DNA from: Candidatus Versatilivorator vitaminiformans
Lineage (GTDB): Bacteria > Acidobacteriota > Terriglobia > Versatilivoradales > Versatilivoraceae
Direction of reading: 5' to 3'
Length of the DNA stretch: 38,905 bases
Assembly: GCA_027493295.1 (NCBI GenBank)
Contig: JAPVWS010000481.1
Span: 1-38,905 of the forward strand
Shown: positions 18,055 to 26,273 of the stretch, piece by piece
How positions within the stretch are numbered: the stretch's first letter is position 1
How the letters are laid out: each line of letters starts with the position of its first letter
Made by a program: the position numbers and the translations under genes
The notes under the pieces: generated by a model
Database searches by the model: none
The model's input: the letters and a program-made list of their open reading frames with translations, nothing else
Told to the model about the DNA's origin: nothing

Positions 18055-18747
18055 ATGACATTCAAGTTCATTTTTGCCGGAAGCTGGTTTGTGCTGTTGC
18101 TGGTTGCTTCCACGCTGGCAGCTCAGCCGGGCCCGGTCTGCGACAACTGGAACACGCGGGAATATTTCCTGGCAGCGACGGTCGAGGACGTAACCTCCTG
18201 TCTTGAAGCCGGCAGCGAGGTCGGAGCGCAGACGGAAAGTGGCCGCACGCCTCTGCACTTCGCGGCCTGGAACAGCAAGAATCCGGTGGTGGTCAAGACA
18301 CTGCTGAAGGCGGGAGCAAAACCGGACGCTCTTAGCAAGAATGGCAATACCGCTCTGATACTGGCGGCCTGGGGGAACGGTAATCCGCAAGTGTTGGAAG
18401 CGTTGCTCGAGGGCGGGGCCGATCCGAACGTCCGGAACAAATCCGGCAACACGCCGCTGCACGATGCGGCTCGGGCAAACAGGAATCCAGCAGTCACAAG
18501 GGTGCTGCTTGTGGCCGGGGCAAACCCCAATGCTCAGGACAACAAGGGCCGTACGCCCTTGCATCAGGCGGCTGCCAGCGGCAAGATTCCAGCGGTGATC
18601 GACGTCCTGCTCGATGCCGGAGCCGACCCCAATGCGCGGGATGCGGAGGGCAAGACTCCCTGGGACCTGGCCCAGGCCAACGAGGCGCTCAAGCGAACCA
18701 GGACCTATATTCGCCTTCACACGGCTCAGTTCGAGTCGTCAAACTGA
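18055..18747 (+). CDS. Secreted ankyrin-repeat protein (about 5 ANK repeats)
   Basis: Signal peptide MTFKFIFAGSWFVLLLVASTLAAQ, then repeated G.TPLH.AA......V...LL.AGA.PNA units. It starts 17 nt after the peroxidase stop. Confidence 0.85.
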   Translation: MTFKFIFAGSWFVLLLVASTLAAQPGPVCDNWNTREYFLAATVEDVTSCLEAGSEVGAQTESGRTPLHFAAWNSKNPVVVKTLLKAGAKPDALSKNGNTALILAAWGNGNPQVLEALLEGGADPNVRNKSGNTPLHDAARANRNPAVTRVLLVAGANPNAQDNKGRTPLHQAAASGKIPAVIDVLLDAGADPNARDAEGKTPWDLAQANEALKRTRTYIRLHTAQFESSN

Positions 18748-18889
18748 GGCGCTCAGGGCCGGTGACAGGCTGGACGCGCTCCTGCAGGAATTCACGGCGG
18801 CACTGAAGGAACCCGGTGTGGCCACGCGTCGCAGCCTGGCAGCCCGGCGTCGCCCTCCCACCGCATCAGCCTTCGCCTGTCGGCGCTGC

Positions 18890-19072
18890 TTTGCGGCGTC
18901 GCGATTGCCCCCCTCCCCATCAGCCTTCGCCTGCGGCTCGGCTTCTGCGACTCCCCCTCCAGGGGGGAGTGATAGAGTTCTGCTGGAAGCCTTGTGCTGG
19001 CCTCAATCACTCCCCCCTGGAGGGGGAGTCGGTGAGACAAGGGCTCCGCCCGCAGTCGAACCGGTGGGGGGG
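18890..19072 (-). repeat. Family-3 MITE/REP-like element, copy B (inverted relative to copy A)
   Basis: Its reverse complement aligns to 10588-10769. Core arms are at 18949-18973 and 19006-19030. An extra partial duplication of CATCAGCCTTCGCCTG lies just outside (18862-18877 vs 18919-18934). It overlaps the 3' end of the MFS gene. Confidence 0.8.
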
Positions 19073-20590
19073 ACGGAACCGGAGAAAAGCGTCGGCCATC
19101 TGTGCACCGTCAAGCCCTCTTTCCGCGAAGCCGGCCCTCAGCGCCTCGACCGCGGAGGAATCGACAAGCACCCGCGGATTTTGCCTGATGGCCTCGAACC
19201 GCCCCTGGCCAAGCGCGGCTCTGACGGATTCCGAGACGGTTTCTTCCAACCTGGATGAGAAGCTCGCCGTCAACACCACCCCCAACACGGCCAGACCCAG
19301 CGTGCCGCTGAACAATCTGGAGAACTGAAGCGCCGAAGTTGCGCTGCCGACCAGCCGGAACCGCACCGAGTTCTGGACGGCCAGGTTGCAGGTGGACATG
19401 GTGCCGCCCAGTCCCAGCCCCGTCAGTGAGACGTAGGCCACCGCCCGGGCAAAGCTCGTAGTTTCGTTCATGGTGGAGATGAGATAGATGCCCACCGCCA
19501 TGGCGCCCGAGGAAATCAGGGCCTGCCTGCGATAGCCCTCACCGGTTTGGGAAAGTCGCCGCCCGGACACGATGGCGCCGATAACCATTCCAAGCATCAT
19601 GGGGGTTAGCAAACCGCCGCTTCCGGTCGCGGTCGAGCCCAGCACTCCCTGGAAAAACAGCGGCGTGAAAAGCGCTGTGCTGTGCAATCCAAAACCGGTC
19701 AGGACGGTGATCATCACGGAAACCGCCACCGCCCGGTTTCTGTAAATCTCCAGGGGCATGATGGGAGAATCCGACCTCGACTCGATCACCAGGAAGATCA
19801 CAGCCATTGCCAGCCCGAAACCCAGCAGTCCGCCGACCTGAAGCGAATCCCATGGGTAGTGAACGCCTCCACGGGAAAGCGCGATCATCAGGGAGGCCAC
19901 CGCCAGTGCCAGGGTCACCATTCCGGCGTAGTCCAGCTTTCGTTCTTCGACCCTGGGCGCGACTTGGGGAAATGTCCGGGCAAGCAACCACAACACCGGA
20001 ATTCCGGCCGGCACATTCATCAGAAAGACCCAGTTCCAGGAAAAGTTGTCGGTGATGAAACCTGCCAACGGCGGTCCGATCACCGAAGACATGCCGTAGA
20101 CAAGACCGATCCAACCTATGTACCTGCCCCGTTCTCCCGGTGGAAACAGGTCGGCGGCGGCAGCGAAACTGTTGGCCATGAGGATTCCGCCACCCACGCC
20201 CATGACCGCCCGGGCAGCAATGAGCTGGTTCATGGACTGGCTCAGGCCGGCCGGAATCGAGCCGATCATGAAAATCGCCAGGCCCAGGATGAAAAAAATC
20301 CTGCGTCCGAAAATATCGGCCAATCTGCCCGCGATGGGAATCGCTATGGCGGAGGCAATCAGGTATGCGGTCGAAGCCCAGGTGTAGCGGTCGAAACCGC
20401 CCAGGTCGGCAACGATGCGCGGCATGGCAGTGGCGATGTTGATCTGGCTCACCGCAGCCAGAAACATGGCCAGCATCACCCCGGTCATCGTCAACAAGAG
20501 CTGTTTCCCGGAAAGTTGCAGGGAGCCTCCCGCCGCCGATGGATCGGGAGCGACTCTCGTTCCGTGTTTTGGATCCCGGTTCAATGGCAT
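19007..20590 (-). CDS. MFS transporter, DHA2 (EmrB/QacA-like, 14-TMS) drug:H+ antiporter family
   Basis: 527 aa with the MFS motif GRLADIFGRR after TM2 and about 14 hydrophobic segments. The last 21 codons and the stop codon are encoded by repeat copy B. Confidence 0.85.
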   Translation of the reverse strand: MPLNRDPKHGTRVAPDPSAAGGSLQLSGKQLLLTMTGVMLAMFLAAVSQINIATAMPRIVADLGGFDRYTWASTAYLIASAIAIPIAGRLADIFGRRIFFILGLAIFMIGSIPAGLSQSMNQLIAARAVMGVGGGILMANSFAAAADLFPPGERGRYIGWIGLVYGMSSVIGPPLAGFITDNFSWNWVFLMNVPAGIPVLWLLARTFPQVAPRVEERKLDYAGMVTLALAVASLMIALSRGGVHYPWDSLQVGGLLGFGLAMAVIFLVIESRSDSPIMPLEIYRNRAVAVSVMITVLTGFGLHSTALFTPLFFQGVLGSTATGSGGLLTPMMLGMVIGAIVSGRRLSQTGEGYRRQALISSGAMAVGIYLISTMNETTSFARAVAYVSLTGLGLGGTMSTCNLAVQNSVRFRLVGSATSALQFSRLFSGTLGLAVLGVVLTASFSSRLEETVSESVRAALGQGRFEAIRQNPRVLVDSSAVEALRAGFAERGLDGAQMADAFLRFRPPHRFDCGRSPCLTDSPSRGE

Positions 20591-21028
20591 CGTCCTGCCT
20601 CACGCCTGTCAATCCGGTTCATGTAGCGACACTGGCCGTTTGAGTTCCGTGAACTAAAATACACATTGTTCCGAGAAACACACTGTACGGTAACTGGAGG
20701 CCACCGCATCCGCCAGGTATCATGATATGATGAGGAGGTTTTTCCCGGATGTCTTATTCAGATGGAGGTACGTAGGTTTGACTCCGGCGACGGCCGGTGG
20801 CGACATGAACGTTCGGGATGCCGAACACCAAAACCCACCTGATCGGAGCGACCAGGGCTTTTGCAAGCTTTAGGACACTCCAGAAGGCAGGATCTCCCAC
20901 TGAGACATTCACGTCCGGAATCCTAGCTAGGAGAGGGTCGCCCGACCGGCACCTGCATCCCATTCCGTGATGGGACCAGTGATTGTGCCCTAACCTTCAA
21001 GCAATTCGAATTCGAAAGGAGCAACACC

Positions 21029-21673
21029 ATGGCAGCTCAAATCAAGTGGAGCCGTCGAGAGGGCATACTGATTGCCGCACCGATCGGTCGTATCGATGGA
21101 AACAACTACATTGAAGTCCAGAATGCCCTGGAAACCGGAATCGATCCCGACGAACGCGCCATGATCCTGGACTTTGCCCAATTGGGCTACATCAGCAGCG
21201 CCGGTCTGCGCGTTTGCCTGATCATCGCCAAGAAATTCAACCCGGCCGGCAAGGCCTTCGGGATCTGCAATCTCTCCGAATCGATCCGAGAGATTGTCAC
21301 CGTGAGCGGCTTTCACGGGATCATGTCGATTTACGATTCGCAAAGCGCGGCCATCGAAGCCATCACCGGGAAGGCCGACGTCGGCGGGGATGAGGCAGCA
21401 GCACAAGCATCCTCGACCATACCGATGCGCGACTCTGTCGATTTCGACATCATCGGCGAAAACATCCAGCACATCGCCAACTTCACCATCGAGAAATACG
21501 AGTACCAGAATGACCGCACTCTTACGCTCAAGGAGCGGGAGGCGGTGGTTGCGGGAATCACCAATGCCCTGTGGCAGTATATTGAGCGCTTGAAGACCCG
21601 GCGCAAGCAGCTTCTGACGGAAATGTTCAAATCCGCCGAAACAGTTCTCGAACGGGTCGTCGCAAAATCGTGA
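21029..21673 (+). CDS. STAS-domain protein (anti-sigma-factor-antagonist-like) with ~95-aa helical C-terminal extension
   Basis: SD AAAGGAG 7 nt upstream. The SpoIIAA-like core is LDFAQLGYISSAGLRVCLI...ICNLSESIREIVTVSGF. The C-terminal tail has no motif I recognise. Confidence 0.7.
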   Translation: MAAQIKWSRREGILIAAPIGRIDGNNYIEVQNALETGIDPDERAMILDFAQLGYISSAGLRVCLIIAKKFNPAGKAFGICNLSESIREIVTVSGFHGIMSIYDSQSAAIEAITGKADVGGDEAAAQASSTIPMRDSVDFDIIGENIQHIANFTIEKYEYQNDRTLTLKEREAVVAGITNALWQYIERLKTRRKQLLTEMFKSAETVLERVVAKS

Positions 21674-21687
21674 AAATGACGCCCATA

Positions 21688-21744
21688 GCGGCCACGGCGG
21701 GATAGTCTGCCAGGATGCAGATCTGGTTGAAATCCCGTGGCCGC
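21688..21744. terminator. Possible bidirectional stem-loop between convergent genes
   Basis: GCGGCCACGGCGGGA (21688-21702) pairs with TCCCGTGGCCGC (21733-21744), with one bulge and a 30-nt loop. There is no clear U-tract, so this is weak. Confidence 0.2.
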
Positions 21745-21907
21745 GCTCTTGCCAGGCTGTCCGGGGATCCTGTTTGCGGTTCGGACCGTATGGCCGGCAT
21801 GGACTTGCCCGGCGCAGCCTGCAGACCGCAAGACCGCACTATCGACACAAGTCAGAGGTTTCCTTCCTCGACCCGACGACCCCGTCAACCATTCCGGCTC
21901 GGCAGAA

Positions 21908-24415
21908 CTACAGGGCGGATTTCCGAATGTCCCTGTGAGTCAGAAAGTCGCGATAACGCGCAAAGGCGGCGTTGATGTCCTCGCGCGTCAGACCGTAGTC
22001 CCCCAGGTCGTAGCGATGCCGTGGCTCACTGCGGCGGCGCTCCGCTTGCCGGAACAGCCAGTCGTCCATTGTGTTGATCGTCCCTCGATCGAGCGGCCAG
22101 TTGAACCGCTCATAGATTGTGTGGACGACCGCCATGGGATCCTCCACCAGATCGACGTAGTTCACGTCAAACCAGCGGTGCTCCAGTTCGGAATGGCTTT
22201 CCCGGAATTGAACGGCCCTGTCCATCATGCCGCTCATGAAGGCCAACTGCTCGGCGCCGAACTCGTTCGCAGGCAGGGGCTCACTGGAAAGGGAACGTAC
22301 CCGCTCCACCAGGCTGTTCCAGGATCCCATGAACTGCGAGGGCTCGCGGTGGGTCTGGATGAACAGGGCATCCGGGTAGGTCTCGATGAGGGTTTCCAGT
22401 TCCATGAGGTGAAAAGGCATCTTGAGTAGCCATTGGCCCTGGCGCCCGGGCTCTCGCTGCCGCCGCTGCCAGGCGAAATGCTGCAGGGTGCGGCGATGGT
22501 AGGCGTAAGCCTCTCCGGAACCGTTGGCGTTCAGCCACCGGCCATATTCCGGCACGTGGAATCGAGAGGTCGTGACCCATGCCGAGAAGGCCATCCTGAA
22601 GATCGGGAAATCCTCTTCCGGTTCGTCGACGTTGAAATCGTGAATGCCCTCCAAGACCTTGAAGATGTCGGATGCCCGCAGCGCTTCCTCGGTTCGCGCC
22701 CGGCGAGGGTCCTCGGGTGTGCCCGCAACCGTAGCGTACTCATCTGTCGAGAGGACCGGCTCGGCGTACTCGTATAGCCGCAACGTCCAAAACCGCCTGT
22801 CGCGAGACATCAGCCGGTGCAGGTAGGTCGTGCCGGTGCGGTTGATGCCGACGATGAACACCGGCCGCGGGATCGGTTCCCCTTCGATCTCGGGGTGCTG
22901 CCGCCGTTCGCGGGCCAACCGTGCGTTGTTGCGCAAGAAACGGTTCATTTCAAAGGCGACGTCGCCAATCCTATCCTCCAACAGTCGCGCATCCGGTGAG
23001 TTCAGAGCTCCGACCAGTTGCTGCAGACCCTGACGCATCCACTCCGGACAGGCCGAGTCGAAGGGAACGCCCTCGTCAGCGGCGTAGCGCTCGGCCCGGG
23101 ACGTCAGGCAGTCGAAGTCCAAACGGGTTTGCGGAACCCGATACGGCCAGTCTTCCCGGTGGTCCCTGACCCACTGTCCAGTGCGTCTCAGCTTGGTCAA
23201 CATGCCCAGCCACCTGATCGGGCGCGAGCTGTCCTCGCGGATGGCGCGGTCGCAAATGGGCAGCCTGTCCTTCGGCTTGTTTTTGCTGAACCAGTACTTC
23301 CCCAAATGATCGAACACCGCCCAGTGGCCATGGAGCGGGGAATTCTTGCCGCGCGCCTGGCAGGCGCGCTTGAACGCCTCGTAGGGAACCTCGGGCCAAT
23401 AGAGCCCGAAATCGGCAGGTTCCAGGTCGTAGTGATCCAACTGCGGGTTGCAGCAATGGTAGATCGTGAAACGACGTTGGGGATTCAGAGAAATGGCCGT
23501 ACAGGCTTCGCTCAGCGCATCCACCGCTTCGTTGCTGGATCGAAAGGTGAATTCCTCGGGCAACGTTTCGGAATCGACCACCGCGGCAAACAGGCGCACG
23601 CTGAGATCCTGCTCCGGGGTATATCCCTCGCTGGACAAACCGGTTTGCGGCAGCCGAAAAATCGCCAGCGGCATACCGGCCTGTTGCGCGAACAGGAGTA
23701 CCTGCTCGGATGTCAGTTTGCTCCACGGGTAGCCGAGAAATCCCAGCGGGAACATTCTCTTCATGCTTTGGAGATCCGGTTGCATCTGGTGGTCGATGCG
23801 GCTGTCTTTGAATTCATTTGCGAAGCTGCAGAAATACTGGGGGAACACACCCATGGTCGAGGCGTAGAACAGGTGCTTGAAGCGTTTGCGCAAGCACAAT
23901 TCGAGCACGTTGCGGGTGCTGAACGTATTGACCTTGCGTATGGCGAGATAGGACGACACAAGATCGATGGAGGCCGCAAGATGATAGGCGGCATCAATCC
24001 GCCGGCAAAGGGCATCAAAATCCGCTTCGCTCAAGCCGAATCGCGTCTCGGCGACGTCACCGACTGCGACGCGTATGCGCGGCGCGAAGGATTCGTCCCA
24101 GATGCCGGCCCGCTCGAGGGCGGCGCGTATGCGTCCGAAACCGTGCTCGACGCTTTTGGCCCGGACAATGCAATGCACCAGCAGCTCGGGGTTCTGTCTC
24201 AAGAGGTCGCGCAGGAAGAAACGACCGATGAAGCCGGTAGCCCCGGTCAAGAATACCTCCCTGAAATCACTCGGAGAAACGGCGGCAGCCGGCGCCTCCC
24301 GGCTGACTGTCTCATGAACGAATCGACGCAGGGTATCGACGTCCTTCTGACAATGCCGCGGCAAATTGCCATCGAGCGGCGCCACCCTCGTGTCGGCGGC
24401 GGTTCTTTCAGGCAT
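21908..24415 (-). CDS. Bifunctional thioester-reductase (SDR/NAD_binding_4-type) - sulfotransferase fusion protein (SwfB-like)
   Basis: 835 aa with SD GGGAGGGAAAG upstream. The N-terminal half has the Rossmann motif FLTGATGFIGRF (aa 55-66) and the catalytic GYPWSK YxxxK (Y229/K233), typical of terminal reductase/fatty-acyl reductase domains. The C-terminal half has the PAPS 5'-PSB loop IVGINRTGTTYLHRLMS (aa 521-537) and a THREPSQFMGSWNS 3'-PB-like motif. Confidence 0.85.
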   Translation of the reverse strand: MPERTAADTRVAPLDGNLPRHCQKDVDTLRRFVHETVSREAPAAAVSPSDFREVFLTGATGFIGRFFLRDLLRQNPELLVHCIVRAKSVEHGFGRIRAALERAGIWDESFAPRIRVAVGDVAETRFGLSEADFDALCRRIDAAYHLAASIDLVSSYLAIRKVNTFSTRNVLELCLRKRFKHLFYASTMGVFPQYFCSFANEFKDSRIDHQMQPDLQSMKRMFPLGFLGYPWSKLTSEQVLLFAQQAGMPLAIFRLPQTGLSSEGYTPEQDLSVRLFAAVVDSETLPEEFTFRSSNEAVDALSEACTAISLNPQRRFTIYHCCNPQLDHYDLEPADFGLYWPEVPYEAFKRACQARGKNSPLHGHWAVFDHLGKYWFSKNKPKDRLPICDRAIREDSSRPIRWLGMLTKLRRTGQWVRDHREDWPYRVPQTRLDFDCLTSRAERYAADEGVPFDSACPEWMRQGLQQLVGALNSPDARLLEDRIGDVAFEMNRFLRNNARLARERRQHPEIEGEPIPRPVFIVGINRTGTTYLHRLMSRDRRFWTLRLYEYAEPVLSTDEYATVAGTPEDPRRARTEEALRASDIFKVLEGIHDFNVDEPEEDFPIFRMAFSAWVTTSRFHVPEYGRWLNANGSGEAYAYHRRTLQHFAWQRRQREPGRQGQWLLKMPFHLMELETLIETYPDALFIQTHREPSQFMGSWNSLVERVRSLSSEPLPANEFGAEQLAFMSGMMDRAVQFRESHSELEHRWFDVNYVDLVEDPMAVVHTIYERFNWPLDRGTINTMDDWLFRQAERRRSEPRHRYDLGDYGLTREDINAAFARYRDFLTHRDIRKSAL
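21911..22867 (-). other. Sulfotransferase domain of the fusion protein, approx. aa 517-835
   Basis: GxxRTGTTxL P-loop-like PAPS-binding motif and a downstream HRxPxxxxxS motif. Boundaries estimated by eye. Confidence 0.7.
23216..24259 (-). other. Reductase (R) domain of the fusion protein, approx. aa 53-400
   Basis: TGATGFIG and YxxxK motifs. Boundaries estimated by eye. Confidence 0.7.
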
Positions 24416-24458
24416 GTATTCTTTCCCTCCCTGAATATTGGAGACCCGGAACGGTGCC

Positions 24459-26231
24459 TTACATCGCTGCCGAGTGTGTGAACCGGTCTCCCTGGGCGCT
24501 CACGGCGGACCGGAACAACGCCAGGGCATCATCGATTCCATCGCCCAGGTAGCGGAATTCATCGGGTATCGACGCATGGCGCACACCGGTTTGTGCGATC
24601 AAGGCGTGCTTCTGTTTCTCGATTCCTTCCACATCCCGAACATCGTTCGAAACGGATTCCTTGAACCTCTCCAACTCGGTCGCCAAATACTGCTTGAAGT
24701 CGCCGATGGCAATCTGCTGACTGGTGATTCTTTCAAAGTGGTAGCCCAGCGCAGCCAGGCGGATCGCCTCCGGGAGCAAGCCGGGATGGTCCCTGGAGAC
24801 CTTGGCGATGAACTTGGTATAGGCCGGGATCTGCTCGGCGGAAAGTTGTCGGCGAACAGACATGATGGCCAAAAAAAGCGCGTTCCTGCTCATCGGTTTC
24901 AGCAGATGCGGGATGGGCCTGAGGTGTTCGAGCAACGTCAGGCAGCGCATGAAGTATTTCTCGAGAGTCGGGTCATAGATGGTGGTGATGACGCGGCGGT
25001 ATCCCTCCATCAATGTCTCGATATCCATCTCCGGCTTGAAGTTGAGGGCGACGTTGACACTGGTCAGGTTCAGGACGCCGTCGGCGCTGCTTCCGAAGGA
25101 CTCGTCCAATAGCCGGTTCTCCCTTTTGAGGCGATCATACAGATTCGTGTCTTTCAGAGCGTTCAACAATCCGACCATGGCCATGGGAATGCCGACTCCC
25201 TGTATAAAATCGATCTGGGCATCGAAGGCGCCCTCGTCATCATCATCCAGACCCAGGATGAATCCTCCATCGACCCGCATCCCTTTCCGTTGGATCTTGC
25301 GAACGCAGTTGAAAAGATAGTTCTCTTCCCGCTTGCTGACGTTCTGCGGTTTCTTCATCTTGCGCAACGCCTTGGGATTGGGCGTTTCGATACCCAGAAA
25401 CACGGAATTGAAACCCGCTTCAATCATGCCGTCCATCAATTCATCCAAACGGGCCAGGTTCACGCTGGCTTCGGTGAACAGGGAAAACGGATAGCCACGG
25501 GCTTTCTGCCACTCGGCAATGGCACACACCAACTTCATCGCTTCTCGCTTGTTGCCGATGAAATTGTCGTCAACCAGGAAAACATGGCTGCGCCAGCCCA
25601 GTCGATACAGCAGTTCGAATTCGTCCAGCACCTGATCCGGCAACTTTGTCCGGGCCACGCGACCGTAGAGCTTGGTAATATCGCAGAATTCACAGTCGAA
25701 CGGGCATCCACGGGAGAACTGTATGGACATGGAGTAGTAGGCCTTCATGTCGATGAGGTCGAAGCGCGGAACAGGTGTCCTGGTCACATCCGGTTTTCGC
25801 GGCTCGCGGTAGATGGCTCTGGCCGTGCCGTTTTCCAGGTCCCGCAGAAAATCGACAAAGGTCTCCTCGGCCTCATCCAGCACAAAATGGTCTACACCGC
25901 CGATCTCGCCATGATAGGTGGTGGGATAGGGACCTCCGGCCACCACGGGGATGCCGGCCCGGTTGCATCGCTGCGTTACGGTGTGCAGGGATTCCCGCTG
26001 GACAACCATGGTGGAAGTAAACACCAGGTCCGCCCACTCCAGATCGGCATCCTCCAAGGGAGCCACGTTCATATCCACGACGCGCAGGTTGTATTTCAGG
26101 GGAAACATGGCGGCGACGGTCAGCAGACCCAGAGGAGGAAAGGCAGCCTTGATGCGGAAGATCTCCAGCGCAAAATTGACTCCCCAGTAGGAAGGAGGAT
26201 ATTCGGGATACACCAGAAGCGCGTTCGGCAT
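24459..26231 (-). CDS. B12-binding-domain radical SAM protein, paralogue 2 (SwfC-like)
   Basis: Start set at MPNALL (ATG 26231, GAGG 6 nt upstream) by homology with the paralogue. It has an N-terminal cobalamin-binding-type domain (PPLGLLTVAAMFP...VVAGGPYP), CxxxCxxC as GCPFDCEFC (codons 25683-25706), and a long helical C-terminal domain of the kind seen in DUF4070-type class B radical SAM enzymes. Confidence 0.85.
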   Translation of the reverse strand: MPNALLVYPEYPPSYWGVNFALEIFRIKAAFPPLGLLTVAAMFPLKYNLRVVDMNVAPLEDADLEWADLVFTSTMVVQRESLHTVTQRCNRAGIPVVAGGPYPTTYHGEIGGVDHFVLDEAEETFVDFLRDLENGTARAIYREPRKPDVTRTPVPRFDLIDMKAYYSMSIQFSRGCPFDCEFCDITKLYGRVARTKLPDQVLDEFELLYRLGWRSHVFLVDDNFIGNKREAMKLVCAIAEWQKARGYPFSLFTEASVNLARLDELMDGMIEAGFNSVFLGIETPNPKALRKMKKPQNVSKREENYLFNCVRKIQRKGMRVDGGFILGLDDDDEGAFDAQIDFIQGVGIPMAMVGLLNALKDTNLYDRLKRENRLLDESFGSSADGVLNLTSVNVALNFKPEMDIETLMEGYRRVITTIYDPTLEKYFMRCLTLLEHLRPIPHLLKPMSRNALFLAIMSVRRQLSAEQIPAYTKFIAKVSRDHPGLLPEAIRLAALGYHFERITSQQIAIGDFKQYLATELERFKESVSNDVRDVEGIEKQKHALIAQTGVRHASIPDEFRYLGDGIDDALALFRSAVSAQGDRFTHSAAM

Positions 26232-26273
26232 GTCAAGCCTCATTGGCTGTCGCGCAAGATTCAGAGCTTTCTT

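Noticed and set aside
10580-19072. Composite transposon bounded by the inverted family-3 elements
   Set aside because: There is no transposase or integrase inside. The content is ordinary chromosomal genes (radC, M23 peptidase, OMP, peroxidase). The elements are only ~185 bp and lack coding capacity, so independent MITE-like insertions are more parsimonious.
20995-21020. Possible att-type direct repeat of the tRNA-Ser 3' end at the far side of the PKS operon (AATTCGAATTCGAAAGG)
   Set aside because: Only about 7 nt (ATTCGAA) match the tRNA T-loop region, which is well within chance. I could not find a longer repeat of the tRNA 3' end by eye anywhere between 20.6 and 21.9 kb.
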